From a virus (taxonomy: Duplodnaviria > Caudoviricetes): 64,000 nt of DNA. The notes under the pieces are model-generated. The model was given only the letters and a program-made list of their open reading frames with translations, searched no databases and was not told the origin of the DNA. Of the stretch, positions 7,260 through 15,686 are shown piece by piece. Where the stretch lies: positions 1 to 64,000 of IMG/VR virus record IMGVR_UViG_3300043120_000090. One strand, written 5' to 3'. Every line of letters begins with the position of its first letter. Position 1 is the stretch's first letter. Made by a program: the position numbers and the translations under genes.

Positions 7260-7967
7260 CTAAGCCTCACTATTTAAATGATCTTCAATATCTGGCAAAA
7301 TTAAGTTCATACCCTCTACTGCGTTTAGATATATATTATTAAATCTACCAACTGTTCTAGTTACTACTGGGTTTATATTATATACTTTAATATAGTTACT
7401 AATTATAGCACCAAAATCTATAACTACAAATGATGCACCAATAATTACTACTATATCATTGTCTTTATCAAGACCATCATACAATAGTTCATACATATCT
7501 TGGTATTTAGGAGCAGATTCATAAAATAATACTACATTTGGTTTATCAATACAATCTGTATTAGGAGTATGTGCTGAATATCCAATATCTACTATTTTAG
7601 GGTTATCAGTATTATACCCAATTATCATTTCGCGTAAAAATCCGTGAACATGTAACACATCTTCACAGCCAGCTCTTTCTAGTAAGTCATCTACATTAGT
7701 AGTTAAATTAATAATTTTATCTTTACCGTATTTTTGTTGAAGATCACCAATAATTTTATGAGCTTCATTCGGTTCTACTTTACCTAGAGCTACACGCCTA
7801 TCATTATAAAATTTATGTACTAAATCATAATTCTTTTTAAAGGTGTGCATATTGCATACATCACTGGCACTATAACCTTCCCAAATAGCATCAGTTCCAG
7901 TGCGGAAAGTGGGTATACCACTCTCTGCACTTAATCCAGCGCCTGAGATAAAAATAACTCTTTTCAA
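7260..7967 (-). CDS. Sir2/CobB-family NAD-dependent deacylase
   Basis: GAGLSAESGIPTFR, TTNVDDLLERAG, HVHG and KPNVVLF motifs. Confidence 0.93.
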   Translation of the reverse strand: MKRVIFISGAGLSAESGIPTFRTGTDAIWEGYSASDVCNMHTFKKNYDLVHKFYNDRRVALGKVEPNEAHKIIGDLQQKYGKDKIINLTTNVDDLLERAGCEDVLHVHGFLREMIIGYNTDNPKIVDIGYSAHTPNTDCIDKPNVVLFYESAPKYQDMYELLYDGLDKDNDIVVIIGASFVVIDFGAIISNYIKVYNINPVVTRTVGRFNNIYLNAVEGMNLILPDIEDHLNSEA

Positions 7968-8036
7968 TTTAATTTTTCCTTATTTTTAGGAATACTCACC
8001 CCATTTGACTATAAATCTATATAGTTGATTAAAGAT

Positions 8037-8111
8037 TGGTAGTCCTAACTGGGATTGAACCAGTGACCTTCCGGTTATCAGCCGTCTGCTCTACCACTAA
8101 GCTATAGGACT
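8037..8111 (-). tRNA. tRNA-Ile(GAT)
   Basis: Loop CT-GAT-AA, GGTTCAATCCC, CCA. Confidence 0.92.
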
Positions 8112-8116
8112 AAATT

Positions 8117-8238
8117 AGGTATACTGTGTAGGAATTGAACCTACCACGAACTGTGCGGATTTACGTGTACCATACTTTCATCTGAATCGAACAGAATACT
8201 ACCCTAAGCCAGTTCCTATGTACCCAGCATTACAGTAT
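8117..8238 (-). ncRNA. tRNA-like RNA with enlarged central arm carrying a second T-loop
   Basis: Acceptor ATACTGT/ACAGTAT, T-arm GTAGG-TTCAATT-CCTAC, inner hairpin TCTG-TTCGATT-CAGA inside GAACTG/CAGTTC. Confidence 0.55.
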
Positions 8239-8239
8239 A

Positions 8240-8581
8240 TTAAATATATTTATTTTGAGGTTTCCATAATTTAGCAAATTTTAAAACATTAGGAACTTCT
8301 TCGCTAGCATCTGGCATTACTACTAAGCAGGACACTTTGCCACCTAAAGTATGTAGCTCGAACCCTTCTGAAATAGGACTATCTAGTTTAGCGATTTTAT
8401 CAAATTCTTTTTGACTAACTCTTAATACACATTTTCTAAATGAATTTTGTAACCAATCTTTATATGGTTCTTCATTTTGAAATACTAAGTGTGCATTAAG
8501 TACACTATGTGCTACTAGAGTAGGAACCATAAAATCTGGAAATTCATCTAGTACAGCTATGTACATTTTATCTAACATCAT
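8240..8581 (-). CDS. putative peptidyl-tRNA hydrolase type 2-like protein
   Basis: KMYIAV...VAHS...W....F.KCVLRV pattern resembles PTH2 (KMVIVV...AHA...W....KIVLKV); tRNA-array context. Confidence 0.55.
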   Translation of the reverse strand: MMLDKMYIAVLDEFPDFMVPTLVAHSVLNAHLVFQNEEPYKDWLQNSFRKCVLRVSQKEFDKIAKLDSPISEGFELHTLGGKVSCLVVMPDASEEVPNVLKFAKLWKPQNKYI

Positions 8582-8601
8582 TTAGTAAATTTCCTTTTAA
8601 T

Positions 8602-8678
8602 TGGTACACCAGGAAGGACTCGAACCTTCAACCTAGGCGGTAGAAACACCTTGCTCTATCCAATTGAGCTACTGGCGC
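8602..8678 (-). tRNA. tRNA-Arg(TCT)
   Basis: AGGTG-TTTCTAC-CGCCT anticodon arm, GGTTCGAGTCC, CCA. Confidence 0.9.
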
Positions 8679-8753
8679 ATATTTTTCTGCTAATTCTACT
8701 GTGGCTACGAAACTTCCTATACCACCTGAAAATGAAACTATATGTTTAATCAC
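8628..8753 (-). pseudogene. N-terminal remnant of a PP-loop (PAPS-reductase-like) gene running into tRNA-Arg
   Basis: VIKHIVSFSGGIGSFVATVELAEKY, then reads through the tRNA 5' half to a TGA. Confidence 0.55.
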
Positions 8754-8791
8754 AATATATACGTAATACTATATAGCATTAGTTAGGTAAT

Positions 8792-8881
8792 TGGTACTCA
8801 CGGAGGGAGTCGAACCCTCATGCCTCTTTCGGAAGCGAGAGATTTTAAGTCTCTTATGTCTACCAATTCCATCACATGAGC
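8792..8881 (-). tRNA. tRNA-Leu(TAA)
   Basis: AGAGA-CTTAAAA-TCTCT anticodon arm, long variable arm, CCA. Confidence 0.92.
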
Positions 8882-9247
8882 TTTGATAAAGTTACTTTGG
8901 CTCTAAGTTATAGCCCCTTGGACATCGCCGATGGAGCAAAGACATTACACTATTGGATTACCAGTCCAGTACTAGAGACCCATTCTAGTCTTTCGCAGCT
9001 AGATTTTCTTCGTTAGTACTTATCTAACTGCGACGTGCTTTTGGTGCCGGATCAGTCTTATAACTTAGACCAAAGTAACCTTAGTTACAATGGGCACTTA
9101 TCATTGGCGTTGCTTACCGTTGACTTTATAGTATTCACCTTACTCAATATTAGGATTGACAGCCCTAATACTTATTTTGGTATCAACATTTATATCCCGC
9201 ACGTACCTAATATAGCGGCTTACCAAACTTCGGGAGAAGTAGTAATT

Positions 9248-9349
9248 TGGTACTCGTGACTGGAATCGAACCAGTATTACACCTCTTATCTGGAGGTTGC
9301 TTTATGGAGGTATAAGCTCCACCCTTAGGCCAATATTAGCAACACGAGC
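9248..9349 (-). tRNA. tRNA-Ile(TAT) with long variable arm (102 nt)
   Basis: GCTCGTG/CACGAGT acceptor, TGGAG-CTTATAC-CTCCA anticodon arm, V-arm ACCTC-CAGATAA-GAGGT, GGTTCGATTCC, CCA. Confidence 0.75.
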
Positions 9350-9356
9350 ATTAAAT

Positions 9357-9433
9357 TGGTGTCCCCAGTCGGGATTGAACCGACGACCTACACCTTATGA
9401 GGGAGTTGCTCTAACCAGCTGAGCTATGGGGCC
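9357..9433 (-). tRNA. tRNA(CAT), Ile2-like or elongator Met
   Basis: GGCCCC acceptor as in enterobacterial Ile2, loop CT-CAT-AA, CCA. Confidence 0.85.
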
Positions 9434-9444
9434 AAATACTATAC

Positions 9445-9615
9445 TTAAACCTTAAATCGTGCTAAAAGATTATGAATTTTTTCATAACCAGCAGCTTTAG
9501 TATCTACAATATGGGGGCGATCCATACGTTTTTGGACTGCACTTTGTTTTTTGCCTTTTGCCTTATCTTTATAAATAACAGATTTAAATTTACGCTGTGA
9601 TTTGCTTACTGGCAT
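9445..9615 (-). CDS. small basic protein (56 aa)
   Basis: MPVSKSQRKFKSVIYKDKAKGKKQ...; AAAGGG SD; below the ORF-track cutoff. Confidence 0.65.
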   Translation of the reverse strand: MPVSKSQRKFKSVIYKDKAKGKKQSAVQKRMDRPHIVDTKAAGYEKIHNLLARFKV

Positions 9616-10391
9616 TTTATACCCTTTTTAGTTAATTATTCTTAAAAGATTCTCACTACTCTAGCCTCAAAAGTTAAACACTTCGCTGTAGAGTTACTAA
9701 CAGCCGACTGCTATAATAGTAGGCTTCATAAGAATTTTTTAAGAATGAGGCTTGCTTGATTAGAGCTTATTCGCTTAGCCTCGTAACGATATCTATTTAC
9801 GTTATAGAATTAACGATGACTCAGTAACCTTTATACTCGTCCAGTCATAGCAGGAGTCAGTATATTAAATTATCAGTTTAACAGGGACTATTTTTTTTTT
9901 TTCCTATTTGTGCTTGTCAAACACCATCATGGGCATTATAGGATAATACCGATAGGTTATTACTAACTACTGTAACCTAATACAACCCAGCTCTCACAAT
10001 GTCCGAGCCAAAACCACCTATTTGTTATATTGCTGGTCTACCAGTGTCGGTATTAATAGGCACTACCGATCCACATTCCAAATTGACAGTTTGGCAGGAT
10101 TTTTATAATGTAGTATCTAGTCATCACGGTTTTGATCCGCAATGTTTTCTGCTATCTAGGCTTTTGGCCTAGAAGTGTTAGACTAGATAACATTACATAA
10201 TTCATCAATTTTCACTTAGTTATCTAAGTGTTAGATAGCAGATTGGTTTTTCAGAGGACTCTGACTTTGTGTCCCTTTTATTCACGGCAGTATTTAACTT
10301 AACCGTTAATTATTAAAATGAAGAAATAATCATTCTGCATTTTAAGAGTTTGACTACAGGTGTTTTCTATCTTCTTCAATTTAATAAATAT

Positions 10392-10420
10392 ATTATACGC
10401 CATTTTCTACAATAAGTAAA
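10392..10420 (-). promoter_or_regulatory. sigma70-type promoter
   Basis: TTTACT-N17-TATAAT. Confidence 0.8.
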
Positions 10421-10555
10421 GAACGTTTTTAAACTTTTAGGTATTGAATTGAGAGCGACTCTTTCGGCTACTTCATCTCGCCTGTTATCTCTAGTCATAC
10501 TAGAGTTTCGGATTCCGTGCTCGCCCTTATTTACTTCTCTCAATTCAATAAATAT

Positions 10556-10584
10556 ATTATACGTTAAAATCAGGATTTAGTAAA
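10556..10584 (-). promoter_or_regulatory. sigma70-type promoter
   Basis: TTTACT-N17-TATAAT. Confidence 0.8.
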
Positions 10585-10727
10585 TTGGATTTTTGATTTT
10601 CTACTAACTGGTCAATAACTAAACTATCTGGTTTTACATCCTCTGTTTTACCATCGAATGTCTTTGCTTGGATTTTACCATTAGAAACGATAATAGATTT
10701 TACAATTTTATTATTAGCTTTAATCAT
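10557..10727 (-). CDS. small hypothetical protein (56 aa)
   Basis: GAGGT SD, MIKANNKIVKSIIVSNGKIQ...; TAA stop lies within the next -10 box. Confidence 0.6.
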   Translation of the reverse strand: MIKANNKIVKSIIVSNGKIQAKTFDGKTEDVKPDSLVIDQLVENQKSNLLNPDFNV

Positions 10728-10739
10728 AAGACACCTCTT

Positions 10740-10970
10740 TTAAAAATTTTCAAAAAAGTAATCAATGCAATATTTTTCATCAGTAGAATTATAAAATCTA
10801 TAATGATCAGGTTCAAACATCATATTATTCATAGCAATATGTGGATGACGATTATGTACCTCATTCCATAATGCTTGACCTAGTCTATATGTTGGAGTGG
10901 CTCTTACCTGAGCTATTGCTATCTCTAAAATAGCTTGTCTTTCAGTATATTCTATGTACAATTTAGTCAT
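10740..10970 (-). CDS. hypothetical protein (76 aa)
   Basis: ORF after a promoter; YRLGQALWN motif. Confidence 0.75.
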   Translation of the reverse strand: MTKLYIEYTERQAILEIAIAQVRATPTYRLGQALWNEVHNRHPHIAMNNMMFEPDHYRFYNSTDEKYCIDYFFENF

Positions 10971-10998
10971 AAAAATCCCCGTCTCAATTTATAAATAT

Positions 10999-11028
10999 AT
11001 TATATCTTGAAAACGGGGATTTAGTAAA
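10999..11028 (-). promoter_or_regulatory. sigma70-type promoter
   Basis: TTTACT-N18-TATAAT. Confidence 0.7.
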
Positions 11029-11040
11029 GTAATTTTTTAA

Positions 11041-11298
11041 TTAAAATGAGTTTTGACGTAAAAACTTAGAAAAACCCTCACAACCACCAACAATGAGTTT
11101 ATTATTGAAAGTAATTACTGGTACACTAGTAATACGCATATTCAATAATTTTGATAATTCTACAATATCCCACTCTTTGTTAGTTAGATCTTTGAATATA
11201 AATTCTATATTTGATTTTTCTGCTATCTTTTTAGCCCTTACACACTCAGCACAGTAGGGTTCAGTTCTACCGTATATAATTACTATATTTTCTTCCAT
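11041..11298 (-). CDS. glutaredoxin (RNR redox partner)
   Basis: CAEC CxxC motif, SVPVI and VGG motifs, 85 aa, next to nrdG. Confidence 0.88.
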   Translation of the reverse strand: MEENIVIIYGRTEPYCAECVRAKKIAEKSNIEFIFKDLTNKEWDIVELSKLLNMRITSVPVITFNNKLIVGGCEGFSKFLRQNSF

Positions 11299-11333
11299 AT
11301 CTACTCCTTATAAGTCTTATAATAAATTCTAGT

Positions 11334-11531
11334 TTAAAACTTATTATAAGGCTCATTAGAAGTAGATTCATTTTCAAGATTGTCTAAGTATTTTTGATAT
11401 TCTAAATCTAATTGATCTAAATATTCTTGACATTCAGTCAAATTAATATTAATTCGTCTATAATCTTTTATAGATTTATGCACAGCGGGTCTATTTATTC
11501 GCACGCTATGTTTTGCTACATAATTATTCAT
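11334..11531 (-). CDS. hypothetical protein (65 aa)
   Basis: ORF with GAGG SD after a promoter. Confidence 0.65.
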   Translation of the reverse strand: MNNYVAKHSVRINRPAVHKSIKDYRRININLTECQEYLDQLDLEYQKYLDNLENESTSNEPYNKF

Positions 11532-11577
11532 GGTTTCCTCGTATATAAAAAGTTAAGTGTCGCTCGATTTATAAATA

Positions 11578-11607
11578 ATTATATTATAAATAAGCGACAC
11601 TTGTCAA
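11578..11607 (-). promoter_or_regulatory. promoter inside a 10-bp inverted repeat
   Basis: TTGACA-N18-TATAAT, overlapped by aagtgtcgct/agcgacactt. Confidence 0.6.
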
Positions 11608-11619
11608 TATATTTTTAAA

Positions 11620-12081
11620 TTAAAATATCTCTTCCCCTGTGGATACTTTAATTAACTTTTGGTTATCACTACCTCTCCAAGGTTTGATAGTGGGCTGATC
11701 TTTACAATATTTACCATCTACTAGAAAATCAATATATTTCATAATACGTAGATCTTTTACTTCATCCCAAGTATATCCTGTCCATACCCAAATGTCTTTT
11801 TCTGGGTATAGTTTTTTAGCAAAGAAAAGTATTGTTTCTAGACAGCTTAAATTATCTGGATGTAGAGGTTCTCCTCCTAGTACGGATAACCCATCATGAT
11901 ACTCTATAGCTTTTAGTATTTTTCCTATAACTTCCTGGGAAGCTTCAAATCCTTTTGAAAATGACCAGGCTGCCTTATTAAAGCAGCCTTCACAAGCATG
12001 TTCACATCCAGCTATATATATAGCTAGACGGAGTCCTAATCCATTATTAACATCATTTTCATCAATTTTAATTATTCGCAT
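11620..12081 (-). CDS. nrdG: anaerobic ribonucleotide reductase activase (radical SAM)
   Basis: GCEHACEGCFN CxxxCxxC motif, GLSVLGGEP, WRGSDNQ. Confidence 0.95.
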   Translation of the reverse strand: MRIIKIDENDVNNGLGLRLAIYIAGCEHACEGCFNKAAWSFSKGFEASQEVIGKILKAIEYHDGLSVLGGEPLHPDNLSCLETILFFAKKLYPEKDIWVWTGYTWDEVKDLRIMKYIDFLVDGKYCKDQPTIKPWRGSDNQKLIKVSTGEEIF

Positions 12082-15069
12082 GTTTAACCCTTTTTATAAC
12101 TTCTGATTGTTTACCAGGATTAAAAGGTCTAGCATTAGGTGCTCCTAAGTATCCGCAAACACGCTTAATGACACTAAGAGTATCACTATTATGGTTACCA
12201 CAAGATGGACATTCAAAACCTTTAGATGTTGGTTTAGCTTCTCCTTGGAAACCGCACTCAAAGCATTGGTCTATAGGTAGATTAATGCCAAAATAAGGAA
12301 CTTTATCATAAGTATAGTTCCATATAGTTTCTAGAGCTTTTAAGTTATGGCGCACTGAAGGTAATTCTACGAAAGAGATAAAACCAGAACTTGCATATTT
12401 AGGGTATTCCATTTCAAAGTTGATCTTACCCATAGGTGAGGTTTTACATTCTACATCTAAATGGAATGAATTTGTATAATAACCTTTCTCAAAGAATGGT
12501 AAATCCCCAAATTTCTCTTGGTCTAATCTACAGAATCTATCACATAAGCTTTCAGATGGAGTAGAATATACACCAAAACCTAAATCATATTTATCAGATT
12601 CTAATTTAGTTCTATCTTTTAACATTTTAACAACTTTTAAAGCTGTTTCTTGTTTTACTTTATTATCAAAGATATGGGGAGTATCTGGGTATAGAGCTTC
12701 CATTGCTTCATGTAACCCAATATATCCTAAACTAATTGAGGCACGTTTATGTCCAAATATCTTATCAAATACATATTCTTCAGGGTCTAAACGTATACCA
12801 CAAGCACCTTCACAATATAGAATAGGGGCTTCTTTAGCTTTTACTTTTCGTAATCTATCAATACGGACATGTAGAGCTTCCAATGCTAAAGTAATACGTT
12901 CGTTTAATAAGCCAAAAAATGCTTCTTCATCATATGGGTCTACTTCTAGAGCTATTCTAGGGATATTAATTGATACTACACCTAAGTTATTACGACCAGC
13001 TATTTTTCCAGGATAATCATGTAAGAATGACCTACACAGATATGTTCAATAGTGTTCGTTAGGCACTACCAGTTCTCTTATGAACTTCTATATATTACTA
13101 TATAGCTCAGACTATATCACTACTAAAGGTTACCTCTAGTACTCACCACTTCGGTTTAACAAGGAATTACTAGATTATTACTCTATACCTCGACCACTTG
13201 GCCCTACTCTACTCCCTTACTACGGTTTCGATAGTCGTTGCACGTTCTAATACTAAATTTATACATTATTTATTCTCTATCTAATAGATAGAAATTAGAA
13301 TGATTTTTAGATAAACACCTATTATACACTGTATTATAGCTTAAACCGAGGGTATCTGCTGCTATAGCTACCGAAGTAAATCTCTTACCCATAGCTACAC
13401 ATGGTCTAATGGCTTTAGGTCTCAATCCAGACCTAAAAGCATGTTTTTCATTCTCTGATTTTGTAACCCACTCTAGGTTACTAAAGTGGTTATTTTTCTT
13501 ATTACCATCTATGTGATTTACCACTAGTGCTTCCATACTTCCAGTAGGTTTTTCTAGAAAGTATTCAGCAACTAGTCTATGTAGTAAATGTCTAGTCCTA
13601 AATGGTAAATATAATGTAACTCTCACATAACCACACTTATTGCTATGGTCTAGTGCTATAAATTTTTTAGAATGATTACTATATACTCTACCATCTTCGA
13701 AAAGTGTATAATAACCATCATTAATATCTATACTATTCATAAGCTTATCCTCTTATTGGTATTTAAGTTTACTAGTATAAATATAGTATTAGCTTCGCTC
13801 AGGATTGTCCTTATAAGGAGTTTCCCTGAATTCAATGAGTTTTACATGGGCAGTAGTTATTTACCCATAGGTGCTTTAAAGCTACCTGTTACTTCAACTG
13901 TTTTATCATAGTTTAGAATATCTGGATAGATTCTTTCAGAAGCACACTTTAAAGCTAATTGTTTAATATCATAGTTAGGGTCTTGCTCACTAAAATTAAT
14001 ACCTTTCTTAATTGTAAATATAAGTTTAGGGAATATAGCTGTTCTACCAGTTTTTCCTAATCCTTTTATACGTACATTTAAAATACTCTTTTGAATTAGT
14101 CTTGATTCCCAAGAAGTACCCAAACCGAATCCTAAGGTACTGAATGGAGTTTGCGTGTTAATCCACTATTTCTAGCGGCACTGACTATATCTTATACCAA
14201 ATATATGGTATGTGGGCGCTTGGAAATATATATTTCAATATACCCCTACTCCTTACGGATAGTCGATGCACCTTCAATAATATTATAATATAATAATATT
14301 AGAGCTTGGCACAGAGATTAGCATGGATTCTACCTTCAATATTATAAGAGGTAGAATCTTTAGCGTCCCCTGTTAGCATTTGTATTAATAAGCCATTTCC
14401 TGCTTAAACTAATTGTTACAAATACACCCCTTATGGGTTCACCCACTTTTCACCTACCTATTACTAGATAGGGCGGCCAATATGTTAACCGTTACTTGTT
14501 TGCATAGTATTGATCTGATATTCTAGGGTCTGAAAAGCATCATAGCATTCCTTCTCAGTCATCATATGAGCAGTAATACCCGCTTTCTCTTTATCACCCT
14601 TTAGTACATTTAACATAAAGGTATAATGCTTATTATAGCTAGCTCTCACATACGGAGCAAGTACTTCATCAATCCTATCTACTGTATTCCCCCCGTAGAC
14701 ATGACAAGCAACCTGGGCCTGTATCTGGCTTACTATAGTAGTAGCAGTTGTGATTGATTTAGGTGTTTCAATCTCTGCATTACCCATTTTAAATCCAGTT
14801 TCTAGCATTCCACCTACATCTATTAATATACAGTTGAATGCGCTGGAGAATGGACTATAATCTAAATCATGAAAATGAATATCTCCTGACCTATGTGCTT
14901 CCGCAATATATTCTGGTAAAATTTCATCTAAAGCGAACTCTCTTGATACTATACCAGCTAATAAATCTCGTTGTACTGGAATAATATTTGAATTTTTATT
15001 AGCATTTTCTGTGGCGACCCTACCTAAATCACCACAATACATTTTCTCTATTTTTTCTTTTAAAGACAT
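12068..15069 (-). CDS. nrdD: anaerobic ribonucleoside-triphosphate reductase; spliced join(15069-14488, 14153-13863, 13036-12068), ~613 aa
   Basis: Exons rejoin to give TSNG|QTPF and KAPMG|CRSFL; C-terminal CxxC...CxxC and RVCGYLG glycyl-radical motif. Confidence 0.95.
13037..13862 (-). mobile_element. group I intron 2 of nrdD (826 nt) encoding an HNH endonuclease
   Basis: 5' exon ends in U, intron ends in G; core elements GAATTCAGGGAAACTCC, GACAATCCTGAGC, GACTA and AAGATATAGTC. Confidence 0.92.
13270..13740 (-). CDS. intron-encoded HNH homing endonuclease (NUMOD4/HNH/IENR1-like)
   Basis: LHRLVA...[19 protein letters not shown]...N motif; C-terminal HTH-like repeat. Confidence 0.9.
   Translation of the reverse strand: MNSIDINDGYYTLFEDGRVYSNHSKKFIALDHSNKCGYVRVTLYLPFRTRHLLHRLVAEYFLEKPTGSMEALVVNHIDGNKKNNHFSNLEWVTKSENEKHAFRSGLRPKAIRPCVAMGKRFTSVAIAADTLGLSYNTVYNRCLSKNHSNFYLLDRE
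14154..14487 (-). mobile_element. group I intron 1 of nrdD (334 nt, ORF-less)
   Basis: GGT|taacat...taacacG|CAA restores TSNGQTPF; GACTA and AAGATATAGTC P7 elements. Confidence 0.9.
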
Positions 15070-15127
15070 ACCGACTCCTATTGGTAAAAATGCCCAAGTA
15101 GAGAATACTACTCGGGCTAATGTAAAT

Positions 15128-15156
15128 ATTATATTATATTATCCACATATAGTCAA
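15128..15156 (-). promoter_or_regulatory. nrdD promoter
   Basis: TTGACT-N17-TATAAT. Confidence 0.75.
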
Positions 15157-15176
15157 TAATATTTTTAAATATTAAT

Positions 15177-15686
15177 TTACTTATAATAATCAATAAGTTT
15201 TAAGTTAGGTACCCAGAATTTACCTGATTCTATTACTATATTAATAAATTTATCTGGATGTTTACCAACATAACTAAGACATTGTCCTCTAGACCCAGTA
15301 GCTTTATATGTTCCATCTGGTTGTATAAAAGATATTCGTCCGATAGTATACGCTTGAATACATTCTCTACCTAAAGGTAAATTCCATTGAGTATCTGTGC
15401 CTGAATTAGTAAGTATTAATCCTTCAATCATATTACCTTTTAAATATTCTTCTACAAATTTATTAGTAAACTTTTTAATCAATACGGCAGAATATGGTGG
15501 ATTACACCAGACTCTGCCTTTCCAGGGTTTAGTAAGACCATCGTCTTCAGCCGTATAAAACTTATTGGCTTTTATATTAAGCTGAAAACATTCTTCTGAT
15601 GCAGGGTCTAAGTCAATATCTCCTAGAATTAACCTAGCTAATTTAACATACTCTGGAGGAGTACCCCATCTATCATTTTTATTCAA
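15177..15686 (-). CDS. phage DNA N6-adenine methyltransferase (Dam-like family)
   Basis: W.TP, DLDPAS, DGL..PW.G.VWCNPPYS motifs. Confidence 0.88.
   Translation of the reverse strand: MNKNDRWGTPPEYVKLARLILGDIDLDPASEECFQLNIKANKFYTAEDDGLTKPWKGRVWCNPPYSAVLIKKFTNKFVEEYLKGNMIEGLILTNSGTDTQWNLPLGRECIQAYTIGRISFIQPDGTYKATGSRGQCLSYVGKHPDKFINIVIESGKFWVPNLKLIDYYK

Noticed and set aside
10442-10550. Hammerhead ribozyme
   Set aside because: GAAA-stem elements are present, but there is no CUGAUGA core or correctly placed NUH
13857-14123. Separate ORFs 12068-12883, 13857-14123, 14485-15069, 20734-23040, 40705-41349 and 42703-43695 as independent genes
   Set aside because: They are exons of nrdD, nrdA, pol and D10; U|...G| splice junctions restore conserved motifs in frame
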